From assembly GCA_048940645.1 (NCBI GenBank), contig JBHLOI010000034.1, forward strand, positions 1-38,354: DNA of 38,354 bases, written 5' to 3'. This document shows, piece by piece, positions 8,767 through 18,838 of this stretch. A program made the translations under genes and the position numbers. Source of the stretch: Promethearchaeota archaeon. Lineage in GTDB: Archaea; Asgardarchaeota; Lokiarchaeia; Sigyniarchaeales; SOKP01. Numbering within the stretch: the first letter of the stretch is position 1; each line of letters starts with the position of its first letter. A model generated the notes under the pieces. That model searched no databases. It worked only from the letters and a program-made list of their open reading frames with translations, and was not told where the DNA came from.

Positions 8767-9831
8767 CTAATTTATATCATTTTTAACTTCTTCAATGACT
8801 TCTTTAGTTCGGAGCAATAATTCAAACGCTACTTCAGGAATTCGCCAACCTCCCAATCCGCAATCTGGTCCAATAAATTTTAAACGATCCCCATATAGCT
8901 GTATCGCATCTAAGAGATTTTTTTTAATTTTCTCTTTTGAATCAATTAAACTTATCATGCCATTGATTGTGTTTAACTCATCCCATTTAGCGCCATTATC
9001 TATCGCTTCTGCGATAATATGGTCGATGTTTGTTCTGGTTATACCAACTCTAATAAATTTATCGAATTGTTCTAAGAGTTTTTCTGAGATTTTGTTAGAT
9101 TTATTAGCTGCATATTCACAAGTTATAACATCGAAATATTTAGTTTGAAGTGGAATGTCAGCCCTATTAAGAGTATGGATATGCATTTGAGTAGTGTTAT
9201 TATTATTCTTAATACCCTCCAAAGATTTATCATATATTTTAATTAAATCTTCTTCAGTTATGTTCACAATATCAACATAACCAAATGAAGGTTCATCAAT
9301 AGAAATAATTGATGTCTTTATATATTTAGTATACATTACAGAGTTTTTCAAAATTGAATTTATAGATTTTGCAAAATTCATTACCATATCTGGATAAATA
9401 GAAAATTTGAATCGCTTAACGTATAAATCAATAGGTCCAGTAACACATACCTTAATTTGTAAGCATTCACCCGTTTCTTCATAATAATGTTTGGCGAAAT
9501 CTTCTATTATAAAAACTTCAGGGATATAGGCTTTACTTGGATCGATTAAATTAGGCTCAATTTCAAAGTCCGCTATAGGATGTAAGAATTGTGTGTACAT
9601 ATCTATATGTTGAGGGTAATTTATAACTTCAACTCCAGCCTTTAATTTTAATTTGAAAGAATCAAGCATTGGTTCAATTAAATGTATTTGAATACCTTTG
9701 TTGGTAAAAATATTTTCTTTATTCGCAAGGGCTTTATAGGCTATCCAATAAAATCTAATGAAATTTTCTTTAGTAATTTTTTCAGGTAACGGAAAACTAC
9801 CTACATCATCAAACTTAGGAAATGCACACAA
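8767..9831 (-). CDS. Core (single-barrel) methionine synthase, MesC-like
   Basis: FDDVGSFPLP N-terminus, KVCVTGP, ISIDEPS, HxH (MHIH) and GPDCGL metal-ligand motifs; lacks the MetE N-terminal barrel. Confidence 0.8.
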   Translation of the reverse strand: MCAFPKFDDVGSFPLPEKITKENFIRFYWIAYKALANKENIFTNKGIQIHLIEPMLDSFKLKLKAGVEVINYPQHIDMYTQFLHPIADFEIEPNLIDPSKAYIPEVFIIEDFAKHYYEETGECLQIKVCVTGPIDLYVKRFKFSIYPDMVMNFAKSINSILKNSVMYTKYIKTSIISIDEPSFGYVDIVNITEEDLIKIYDKSLEGIKNNNNTTQMHIHTLNRADIPLQTKYFDVITCEYAANKSNKISEKLLEQFDKFIRVGITRTNIDHIIAEAIDNGAKWDELNTINGMISLIDSKEKIKKNLLDAIQLYGDRLKFIGPDCGLGGWRIPEVAFELLLRTKEVIEEVKNDIN

Positions 9832-10058
9832 TCGAATTAACCTTCTTTTTAATTAAGAAGTAAATAAACTAAAAAAGTAAATTTCTCAATTGTATATTAT
9901 TCTTTTGATTTCGTTTTCTATAACTTTAGATTCTTTCGATTTTATTCAGAATTCATAAAATTGTTCTCTTAAATCACATATTTTTTAGCACTATAAATAG
10001 GTGAAAGCTTTAAAAATACGGCATTCCATTATTTTATTTAAACTAATTTTAGAAAGAA

Positions 10059-11198
10059 ATGAATATTATGTCAAAAACAGAAAAAATGCCAAAAGAATGC
10101 GAAGAATATATGACTCCCATGGAAAGGATAACAGGTCTTTTATTACGAAAGAAACTTGATAGAGTACCATGCTTTCCATTTGTTTCAGCAGCAGCAGCCC
10201 AACTTAGAAGGTTAAACTATGGAGAATATGCTACAAAACCGGATTTATTTTTAAGATGTCAAATAGAAGCTCAACAACTTTTTGGTTATGATGGTATTAC
10301 AGCAATGCCAGATCTTTGCGTTGAGGCTCAAGGTTTTGGGGCAAAAATTATATATCCACCAGACAACGCCGCTTATCCAGATCCTTATAACCCAGTTCTT
10401 AAATCACCAGATGATTATAAAAACATAGATAAATTATTTGATTGGTCCCATGCTGATAGGATGAAAAATCAAATAAAAGTCGTTAAAACTATAAAAGAGG
10501 AATTACCTGGTTTAATGATAGGGGGAATGACCATAGGACCATTAGGATTAATAAGCCGACTTCGTAATATCAATGAACTCGTACGAGATTTCACCTATCA
10601 TAAGGACAAACTTCATGAAGCACAAGATATTATTACCGATATTCAAATAGAATATATTGAAAAACAGATTGAGGCAGGAGCTCGAACAATAATGGTTCCA
10701 GTCGTTTTAGCTGAGAGAGAACTCATGAGTAAGGAAATGTGGTTAGAATTGGATATGCCTTACCAAAAGAAAATTGCCAATTTTGTAAGAAAAAAACGAG
10801 CTTTTTATATGGTCCATACTTGTGGTCGAGGTCCCTATTTTGATCTCTTAATTGAACATCTCCGACCAGTTCTCATACAAAATGCATTCTTACCCGATGG
10901 TGTAAAAACTGAACAAGAAATGGTTGAAAAATATGGGAAGAAATTGATTTTCTTAGGATTTTTAAGCGTTTCATTACTTGCATGGGCTTATCCTCATGAA
11001 GTCATAGCAGAATGTAAAAGACAACTTGAAGTTTTTGAAAAGTCGCCCGCTGGTTATATTCTTGGAGCATCTTGTGAATATCCTCCCTATGCACCTCTAT
11101 ATAATGCGATGGCTGTTGTGAAAGCAGCTAGGACATATGGTAAAGATTTTCAAACCGGCAAGGGGGCAAACTATGAAGGAAAAGAAGAAGGGGGCTAA
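10059..11198 (+). CDS. URO-D family methylcobamide methyltransferase (MT2; MtaA/MtbA/CmuA-like)
   Basis: MTPMERI...DRVP N-terminus, DLCVEAQGFGA, HTCG Zn motif and C-terminal GYILGASCE. Confidence 0.85.
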   Translation: MNIMSKTEKMPKECEEYMTPMERITGLLLRKKLDRVPCFPFVSAAAAQLRRLNYGEYATKPDLFLRCQIEAQQLFGYDGITAMPDLCVEAQGFGAKIIYPPDNAAYPDPYNPVLKSPDDYKNIDKLFDWSHADRMKNQIKVVKTIKEELPGLMIGGMTIGPLGLISRLRNINELVRDFTYHKDKLHEAQDIITDIQIEYIEKQIEAGARTIMVPVVLAERELMSKEMWLELDMPYQKKIANFVRKKRAFYMVHTCGRGPYFDLLIEHLRPVLIQNAFLPDGVKTEQEMVEKYGKKLIFLGFLSVSLLAWAYPHEVIAECKRQLEVFEKSPAGYILGASCEYPPYAPLYNAMAVVKAARTYGKDFQTGKGANYEGKEEGG

Positions 11199-11202
11199 AA
11201 AT

Positions 11203-11874
11203 ATGTCAGATGAAAAAATTTTAAATTTACTTAAGGAAAGCGTTTTAAATTTTGATGAAGAGGGTGCCGTAGAAGCTGCTAATCGAGCAATAGGGGCAGG
11301 AATTGATCCATTAAAAGCAATAAGGGAGGGCCTATATCTGGGTTTAAAAGAAATCGCAGATCAATATGAAGACACAATCTATATAACAGACATGATCATA
11401 GCTTCAGATGTGTTTTATGCAGGTGCTAATATTTTAAAATCTAAAATAGATCCAGAAAAAGCCAAGGCACACAGTAAAGGAACAGCTGTTCTTGGTGTAG
11501 TGAAAGGGGATGTTCATGATCTTGGCAAGAATATGGTGAAGTACCTATTTGAAGCTGAAGGTTTCGAAATTATTGATCTAGGCTTTGATGTTCCCGCTGA
11601 GAAATTTATTGAAGAGGCAGAGAAAAACAATGCGAATCTTATCTTAATCTCAGCAATGCTAAGCTCAATGTTTCCTGAAATCGGAAAAATCGTTAATTTA
11701 GCTAAAGAAAAAAAACTGCAAGCAAAGGGAGTGAAAATTATGGCAGGTGGGGGACCTGTTTCAGAAAGTATAGCTTATCAACAGGGTGCTGATGGATGGG
11801 CCTTAACAGCTCCTTTAGCCGTGAAAAAAGCATTGAGTTTGCTTAAATCAATTAAAAATCATAAAAAAAGTTAG
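11203..11874 (+). CDS. Corrinoid (B12-binding) protein, MtaC/MtbC-like
   Basis: Four-helix cap followed by GDVHDLGKN (DxHxxG), SAM and MAGGGP. The ATG at 11203 lies 4 nt after the upstream stop. Confidence 0.92.
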   Translation: MSDEKILNLLKESVLNFDEEGAVEAANRAIGAGIDPLKAIREGLYLGLKEIADQYEDTIYITDMIIASDVFYAGANILKSKIDPEKAKAHSKGTAVLGVVKGDVHDLGKNMVKYLFEAEGFEIIDLGFDVPAEKFIEEAEKNNANLILISAMLSSMFPEIGKIVNLAKEKKLQAKGVKIMAGGGPVSESIAYQQGADGWALTAPLAVKKALSLLKSIKNHKKS

Positions 11875-13708
11875 ATAATAGATTAATCTCATTTTCTTTT
11901 ATCCCAAATAAATCGAAAATCAATTCATCAGTTCTTCGCTGAATTTCTTTTCTATTCTCACTGGATTGAATTAATTGGTTTGTTAATTTTTTGATAAAAG
12001 AAATTTTTTTACAATCTATTTTTGATGTAAAGTTTTCTATAGAAGGGATAGGCAAATCATCTTCCAATTTTGTCTTGCTTCTCTTTAACTGAATATTTTT
12101 TGCATTAAATAAAAAACGGACTAATTTAGAATTCAAATATGCTAACATAAATATGTAATCAATAGGTTTTTGGTTTAATCTTGGCCATAAGAAATATGTA
12201 TCAGATGTAGCAAAATATGAAGATTTTGAATATCCGAAAATATTAACATTTGAGATATACTTAAAAAAAATCTTTTTATCATTTTCATAAAAAGCTTCAA
12301 GATCGATTAAGTTTTCATTAGATTTTTTTTCATTGCTTCGAATAAACGTCCCTCTTCTTGGAAAAAAATAATCATTTGGATTCTCTTTTGCGTTGATTAA
12401 AATATTTTTTAATTCTGTTTTATATTGTTTTAGATATTGAATTAGATTTGGATATTTTTCTTCATAAAATCGATTTCTTTCCTCTATATTTGCACTATTA
12501 AATTCATTTTTATTAAAGTATATAGCAAATCCAATATGTTCTCCTTCCCTATAACCGTAAGCCTTTATAGATTTACTTTTATAAATTTTCTTAAGTCTTT
12601 TTTTCTCAGCATCTTTAATTTTTATAAACTTATTGTAAATTTTTATGTAGACATCTTGCTTCTCTATTTTAAGATTTTTTCCTTCATTAAGAATAAATAT
12701 ATTATCTTTAATGAAAATTAGTCCATTGCGAACAATAAATTTATCCTTGAGATAAGAGATTTTACCGTTAACGATGCACTTTTCTTCAATATTGTTAACA
12801 ATCTTCTTCATTTCTACCGGATATAGTAAGTTCCAACTTCTATCTGGTTTCAAATCATTATTTGTTATAGCAGATCTATATTTTCTTATGTTTTCATTAT
12901 AACTTCCTAATAATACCTGTTTAAAGATCTTAATATTGAATTTTTCACCAACATGGTTTGAATTTCCATTATTAATAATCTGAATTACTTGAATAGGCAT
13001 ATTTATAGATCGTTGCTTCTCCTGAGCTGTTTTCTTCCTTAGAACAAAAATGCAACTATGTTGACCAGTTGCATCTTTAAATATTCTTAAGTTCCTTAAG
13101 TCGATATACTGGATAATATAACAATCATCTAGAATATGTGGTTTCAGTAACTTTATACCAGTTTTATCAGACTTTGTAACCCAATAGTTTGTTGTAATAA
13201 ATGAAAGTAGTCCTCCTGGATTGAGCTTTAAAATTCCTAAATGGATAAAAAAGTAAAATAAATCCATGTTACCAACAAAGTATTTAGCACATATAGGATA
13301 CTTTTTCACATAATTCTGAAAAATTTCGGCATTATAATTTTGTCCTAAGTATGGTGGATTGCCTATTATTATATCATATGAATCATTTAAATCAGATCCA
13401 AGAAAATTTTCAAATTTAAATTTAACTGTTGGATAAGATTTCATTAATTTATGCTTCAAATTAACATCCATTTCATAGGCTGTTATATCTGAGAATTTGT
13501 TTCCAATTAGGAACTTTAAAAATACCCCTTTACCAGCAGAGGGTTCTAGAATTCTTAAATCAGATAAATTCTGCTGTTTATTTTTAAAAAGATTATTGCT
13601 TTTTATTAGTTGAACAGTGTTTTTTACCATGAATTCAGCTATATATTCTGGTGTAAAAATTTGACCTATTGAATTGTTCTTTAAATTAATATTACTTTTT
13701 AAAACCAT
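11852..13708 (-). CDS. Gamma-class N6-adenine DNA methyltransferase (TaqI/Eco57I-like), no adjacent endonuclease
   Basis: GQIFTP (motif X), LEPSAGKGVF (motif I), IIGNPPY (motif IV), C-terminal TRD with YLNSKL. Confidence 0.9.
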   Translation of the reverse strand: MVLKSNINLKNNSIGQIFTPEYIAEFMVKNTVQLIKSNNLFKNKQQNLSDLRILEPSAGKGVFLKFLIGNKFSDITAYEMDVNLKHKLMKSYPTVKFKFENFLGSDLNDSYDIIIGNPPYLGQNYNAEIFQNYVKKYPICAKYFVGNMDLFYFFIHLGILKLNPGGLLSFITTNYWVTKSDKTGIKLLKPHILDDCYIIQYIDLRNLRIFKDATGQHSCIFVLRKKTAQEKQRSINMPIQVIQIINNGNSNHVGEKFNIKIFKQVLLGSYNENIRKYRSAITNNDLKPDRSWNLLYPVEMKKIVNNIEEKCIVNGKISYLKDKFIVRNGLIFIKDNIFILNEGKNLKIEKQDVYIKIYNKFIKIKDAEKKRLKKIYKSKSIKAYGYREGEHIGFAIYFNKNEFNSANIEERNRFYEEKYPNLIQYLKQYKTELKNILINAKENPNDYFFPRRGTFIRSNEKKSNENLIDLEAFYENDKKIFFKYISNVNIFGYSKSSYFATSDTYFLWPRLNQKPIDYIFMLAYLNSKLVRFLFNAKNIQLKRSKTKLEDDLPIPSIENFTSKIDCKKISFIKKLTNQLIQSSENRKEIQRRTDELIFDLFGIKENEINLLSNFFYDF

Positions 13709-13787
13709 CTAATCTTAATATTAGATTAAAATATCTAAAAATATGATGATTTTTCAATTAATAATAATTTGAATTAAAAAAAAAGAA

Positions 13788-15329
13788 TTAATCTTCATGA
13801 TTATGATCGTGGTGATGATGCTCCATTTTAATATTAACTGGTCGTAGAGAACCAATTGCCCATCCTGTTACTTCATTTAATGAGGGATGAATTATCATAG
13901 ATTTATAAATCGGCATGAATGAACCACCTTCTGGGCATACGCGTTCTAATTTTGGTACATCTGTTTTTTCAGAAAATTCGGGTAAGATGCATGTAAATCC
14001 TGAATTCATTAAATACACAAATGGTTGAACTAAGACTGCCGCATGAGATCCAACAACATGTGCTCCTAATATTCTATAAGATTTGTCAACGATTAACTTA
14101 ACAAAACCATCATCATCATCCTCTTGATTAAAACCCATAGCAAAACCTTTTGCTACGGTTGAATAATTTTTTAATGCTACAAAGATTTCATAACCTTTTT
14201 CGATTGCTTCAGCTTCAGTCATTCCTACATGTCCTATTTGGGGATAGGTAAAAATAGCCCATGGAACGGCAGAATAATCAACTGATTGCTTATTTTCTGG
14301 GAGTCCAAACATATTATTTGTACAAATTTCTGATTCATAATTAGCTTTATGTCTAAATTGATATAATCCGTTTGCATCACCAATACACCATATATTTTCC
14401 TTGGTTGTTTCTAAATACTGATTTATTGTTATCCATCCACTATTGTCAACTTCAACCCCTGTTTTCTCAACTTTTAGACGATCTGCATTTGATTTTCGGC
14501 CAGTAGCTATGAAAATCTCATCAGCTTTAACTTCTACCTTCTCGCCAGTTTTTAAATTCTCTGCAATTACAATTTTAAGGTTCTTTTTAGTTTTTACTTC
14601 AATCGCTTTATGATTTACTAAAACCTTCATATATTTCTTAAAATTTTGCTCTAGAAATGTACTAATTTCAGGTTCCTCAGTTGCAACCAAATTTGGAAGC
14701 ATTTCAATGATCGTTACTTCTGTTCCCACTGCAGAAAAAATATGAGCAAATTCAGCAGCAATTACTCCGCCTCCTATAATAATTAGACTTTTCCATGGTT
14801 TATCTGGAAATCTATCGTCAAAAAAAGACTCGTTTGTGATATAGTCAACTCCATTTAATCCTTTAATGGGTGGAATGAATGAACGTGCTCCAGACGCTAA
14901 AACGAATTTATCTCCCTTAAATCTCCCAAGACTTTGCTCACCATCGTGAGTTTTTACTTCCATTTCATACTCTCCGATAAATTCACCCACCCCTCGATAA
15001 AGCTTCAGATTTGGGACTTGAGATAGTCCAATCTCCATTTCATTACTCTCATCGATTTGAGACCACATCCGCTTTGAGATTAATTCCCAATTTATATTTT
15101 CTATGTTGACATCAATGCCCACCTTTTTTGCATGTTGAGCTTCTCGAATTACATCGGCTGGATAAACTAATACTTTTGAAGGAATACACCCACGTGTCAA
15201 ACATGTAGCACCAAGCTTAGTATCCTCAATAAGGGCACATTTAAGGCCCATTTGAAGTCCAGTATTAATAACATTAAGACCAGCTCCACTGCCAATTACA
15301 ACTAAATCATATGTCTCCATACATTCCAT
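13788..15329 (-). CDS. Flavoprotein disulfide reductase (dihydrolipoamide dehydrogenase/mycothione reductase-like)
   Basis: GSGAG FAD motif, TCLTRGCIPSK redox disulfide, GGGVIAAE, HPSLNE, His-rich tail. Confidence 0.9.
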   Translation of the reverse strand: MECMETYDLVVIGSGAGLNVINTGLQMGLKCALIEDTKLGATCLTRGCIPSKVLVYPADVIREAQHAKKVGIDVNIENINWELISKRMWSQIDESNEMEIGLSQVPNLKLYRGVGEFIGEYEMEVKTHDGEQSLGRFKGDKFVLASGARSFIPPIKGLNGVDYITNESFFDDRFPDKPWKSLIIIGGGVIAAEFAHIFSAVGTEVTIIEMLPNLVATEEPEISTFLEQNFKKYMKVLVNHKAIEVKTKKNLKIVIAENLKTGEKVEVKADEIFIATGRKSNADRLKVEKTGVEVDNSGWITINQYLETTKENIWCIGDANGLYQFRHKANYESEICTNNMFGLPENKQSVDYSAVPWAIFTYPQIGHVGMTEAEAIEKGYEIFVALKNYSTVAKGFAMGFNQEDDDDGFVKLIVDKSYRILGAHVVGSHAAVLVQPFVYLMNSGFTCILPEFSEKTDVPKLERVCPEGGSFMPIYKSMIIHPSLNEVTGWAIGSLRPVNIKMEHHHHDHNHED

Positions 15330-15497
15330 TTTAATTATATGACTTTTAAAGTTTATAGTAATATTTTAAAGGAATTTTAAAAGAATGAAAAACTGAAATC
15401 TAATAGGAATACCATAATCGAATTTAACAAGTTATTTAATCTTGTTAATTTTTAACTATTATAACAATGAATAATAAAAACATAGAGGTGTTTTCTA

Positions 15498-16760
15498 ATT
15501 AAAATTACCAGAGATGTTGTCCCTAACGAAAAGATACGAACTATTATCAATTCAGATTATAAGGATAATGAATTCATAGATTTGATGAGAGATGTCATAA
15601 AAGAATCTATAGATTTAAATTCTATCTATAGGGACCTTGCTAAAAAGGTAAATTTTAATGTAGATGATTTGAATAAATTAGAAGATTTGGCCATAATCCC
15701 TTATGTGTCGGCTGTTTCTTTTAAAGAATCGAATGGTTTATTTGAAAAATTGTTAAAAATCCCTTTAAGATCCCCTGAGTTTGAGACTTGGAATGTTTCC
15801 TCATGTACCACTGGAGATCCATCCATAGTGGGACGTTCAGAAGACGATATAGAATTGTTGGCGAGTATGACCATCAAATGTATTTATGATTTTATTCCCA
15901 TTCCCAAAGATGAATGGTATAATACAATCTCATTTGATTTCTCTCCAAGTGTTACTTTCTTAAACAGAATTGCAATGAGATATACAAAAATAAGACCCGT
16001 CAAATTATATGGGAGTGTTCTACATGAAATATCAACAAGAATGTCGAATCCAAAATTTTTGGTTAAATTTTTCATTTTTAAAGCTCTTAAGGAAATTATT
16101 AGAAGACGAAGTCTTGTGGGCGCTTTTGGAATAAATTCAAAATTCGTAATTAAAAAAGTCAAAAAAAACTTAGAAAAAACGAAAGAGAAACAAAAACATA
16201 TCTCATTTGGGGGAAGTCTCCAATTACTAAATAGGTTTATGAACGTCTATATGAAAGAAAATAATGTAAAATTTGAATTACCGGATAGTGTTGTTAATAC
16301 TGGAGGTGGTGGATGGAGCGGGCATAAATCTCAACTGAAATATCCACCTATAGATAAAACACAATTTGTTACGGCCTGTATTGAGTCGTTTGGGACTAAA
16401 GCAGATAGAATTACCGATATGTATGGCTTTACGGAAACACCAATAGTATTTGGTAGTCATTGGTCAGATAAACACCAAGACTTTATATTTCATTGTCCAC
16501 CTCAAGCTAGAATTATTATCAGAGATTTGAATACTCTAGATCCTCTTAGAAAGACTGGTGATAGGGGTTTTATAGAAGTGCTTACACCATTTGGTGTAGC
16601 TACTTCAGTAAATCACGCAATATCAATAGATGATTTAGTCGAATTGGTTTCAAAAAATAAATGTCCTGAATGTGGATATGAAGGTGATACATTTATAGTT
16701 CATGGTAGAATTAGGGAAAAAGAAGGATTAGGATGTTCATCCATAGTTGAGTGGATATAG
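15498..16760 (+). CDS. LuxE-like acyl-protein synthetase / adenylate-forming enzyme; start extended
   Basis: SSCTTGDPS P-loop variant, TGGGGW, DMYGFTE, GR and C-terminal GCS. Proposed ATT start at 15498 after GAGGTG; the ORF track starts at 15582. Confidence 0.72.
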   Translation: MKITRDVVPNEKIRTIINSDYKDNEFIDLMRDVIKESIDLNSIYRDLAKKVNFNVDDLNKLEDLAIIPYVSAVSFKESNGLFEKLLKIPLRSPEFETWNVSSCTTGDPSIVGRSEDDIELLASMTIKCIYDFIPIPKDEWYNTISFDFSPSVTFLNRIAMRYTKIRPVKLYGSVLHEISTRMSNPKFLVKFFIFKALKEIIRRRSLVGAFGINSKFVIKKVKKNLEKTKEKQKHISFGGSLQLLNRFMNVYMKENNVKFELPDSVVNTGGGGWSGHKSQLKYPPIDKTQFVTACIESFGTKADRITDMYGFTETPIVFGSHWSDKHQDFIFHCPPQARIIIRDLNTLDPLRKTGDRGFIEVLTPFGVATSVNHAISIDDLVELVSKNKCPECGYEGDTFIVHGRIREKEGLGCSSIVEWI

Positions 16761-16945
16761 ATCTCAAATTTTTAAATTACTCATTTTGCTTATCTGAAGA
16801 TATTGCTTTACATTAAATCATATTAATTCAGATATGTTTTATTAATCTTTAAGAAAAATGTTGCAGATGAGTTAAAATATAGAAGTTTAGTTGAAATAAC
16901 TTATCGTTAATTAAAATAATGAGAAAAAGAAAATCTTGTTATATT

Positions 16946-17866
16946 TTATGATTTTACAATTTCTACGAGTTTTGGAAAGATTCGAGTGTAATGTACACTC
17001 ATTGCATGTACACCGCTAAGAAGGTCCTTCCTTTTGAGCTCCGTTATGAATGGTTTAAAGAATTCATAATTAGCTTGGTCATAAGCTTCTTTTTGCATTT
17101 TTTTATCAGTCGAATAATCCGTTTTTATCGATTTCCATTTCGTAAGAATGTCTTTGGGCACAGATACACCCGGAACGAATGTATCGAAACCTTTAGCAAT
17201 TCCATAGTTCTTCATTGGAAATAAACCTAAGAGAATAGGCACTCCGTACTTTTTTATTGCAGTTAAAAACTCAATAGTACGATCTAAGTCATATACAACT
17301 TGAGTTTGTAAGAATTCAGCACCAGCTTCAGCTTTTCGACCTATCTTTAATACTTCTGCTTCCATTGGTTCTGCATTTGGATTTGCCGCAGCCCCAACAT
17401 GGAGAGTTGGAGGATGTTCAATTTCATGTCCATTAATCTTGCCAGTATCTACCATTTCCCTTACAAGTTTTACTAATGTTGCAGAATCCAAATCAAAAAC
17501 AGGCTTACTTTCAGGCATATCGCCCAATGCTGTATGATCTCCAGTAAGGGAAAGGATATTACGTAATCCTAAAGCATGACCTCCCATTACCATGCCAGCA
17601 ATTCCAAGTTTATTTACATCTCTTACCGTTAATTGCCAAATAACCTCTAGATTTGCTTCCCTTTGAATAATATGTGATGCCGCCATACTGTTAATAGTAA
17701 CAATACCAAGTGGACTATCAGTAACGTTAGCTGCAACAACATAAGGAGCCATTTCTCTCGCTTCTTGGATAGTATGAGAGAGATCACAAGTCTTTTCTGG
17801 TTCAAGTTCGCCAGTAAGCACAAATTCACCTTTTTTTAACATTTCTCCTAATTTTGAATATGCCAT
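16946..17866 (-). CDS. metF: Methylene-THF reductase catalytic subunit, copy 1
   Basis: TGELEP, ANVTDS, QLTVRD, LTGDH, AANP, QTQ motifs of the MTHFR barrel. Confidence 0.93.
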   Translation of the reverse strand: MAYSKLGEMLKKGEFVLTGELEPEKTCDLSHTIQEAREMAPYVVAANVTDSPLGIVTINSMAASHIIQREANLEVIWQLTVRDVNKLGIAGMVMGGHALGLRNILSLTGDHTALGDMPESKPVFDLDSATLVKLVREMVDTGKINGHEIEHPPTLHVGAAANPNAEPMEAEVLKIGRKAEAGAEFLQTQVVYDLDRTIEFLTAIKKYGVPILLGLFPMKNYGIAKGFDTFVPGVSVPKDILTKWKSIKTDYSTDKKMQKEAYDQANYEFFKPFITELKRKDLLSGVHAMSVHYTRIFPKLVEIVKS

Positions 17867-17877
17867 TTAGTCCACCT

Positions 17878-18549
17878 CTATCTAAATACCACTTCTTGCT
17901 GGTGACCAGATTCAGACCAATCTCGAGCATCACGCAATCTGCTGAATAAATCTAATCTATTTATAGCTTTCAAGCGATTAAAGATCAAAATCCAACCACA
18001 ATCTTTCTCATAATTACCCACTTCACATTTTCCATCAACCATTCCACCACAAGGACCATTCATAAGTCCTTTAGCACATGTTGCAATAGGACAAACTCCA
18101 CCTGTATAATTTAAATAACAATCACCACATGCTCGGCATCGCATATAAAATCGTCCGATTCTCTCCGTCATCCCAATAAATTTTGTATTATTTGAAATAA
18201 GTACAGGCTTTTCTGGATATTTATTTTGAAGAACTTCTACGATTGATTGAGCTCCAAGACCACAACTAAGAGTGAGTATTGCATCAGATTCTTGTATCTC
18301 ATCATCAATTCTACGTAAATCTTTCTTCATAACCCTATTGTCGCACACATCTTCTGAGACAATTACAGCCTCTATTTCATAACCTCTTTCCTCTAATTTC
18401 CTTTTCCAGTCTTCTGCTCCTTCAGTTCCCCCAGTTTGGCATAAAGCAGCACAAGTTCCACAAGAAACGAGAGTTAGTTTTTTAGCTTTATAATTCTGAA
18501 GAGCTTCAAATACTTCCTCATCTGGTTTTTTAGTTGTAATTACAACCAT
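17878..18549 (-). CDS. metV: Methylene-THF reductase Fe-S small subunit, copy 1
   Basis: CGTCAALC, SCGLG and CRACGDC...GVCP...CAKGLMNGPCGG...CE...CGW (MTHFR_C). Confidence 0.9.
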   Translation of the reverse strand: MVVITTKKPDEEVFEALQNYKAKKLTLVSCGTCAALCQTGGTEGAEDWKRKLEERGYEIEAVIVSEDVCDNRVMKKDLRRIDDEIQESDAILTLSCGLGAQSIVEVLQNKYPEKPVLISNNTKFIGMTERIGRFYMRCRACGDCYLNYTGGVCPIATCAKGLMNGPCGGMVDGKCEVGNYEKDCGWILIFNRLKAINRLDLFSRLRDARDWSESGHQQEVVFR

Positions 18550-18838
18550 TATAATTTTACTCTTTTTACAATTTTGATTTAATTGAAAGTTAAGTAGTGG
18601 AATTAATAAATTTATTAAAATTTAATTATTATTTTTTAAACTTTTTAGTTCAAAACAAAAATTTTTAAAGATAAAATTAGTTGTAATTATGACAAATTTT
18701 TTTCATTTTTCCATCATTTATTCCTTTTTATATAAATTCAGAAATTTTCACGAATGAAATTAGTAATGTAATTTACCTAATTGAATCACACAATTACCAT
18801 ATTTCATAATTGGATATAAAAAAAGTTGAATCCATCAA

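Noticed and set aside
11137-11202. Long overlap of the corrinoid ORF with the MT2 gene
   Set aside because: The ATG at 11203 after a G-rich SD gives a normal protein; the overlap is an ORF-caller artefact.
10059-11874. Pyrrolysine-dependent methylamine system or methanogenesis
   Set aside because: No mtmB/mtbB/mttB, pyl or mcr genes in the window and no truncating TAG.
15498-16760. Bioluminescence (lux) system
   Set aside because: No luxA/B/C/D in the window, and LuxE-like enzymes are widespread outside luminescence.
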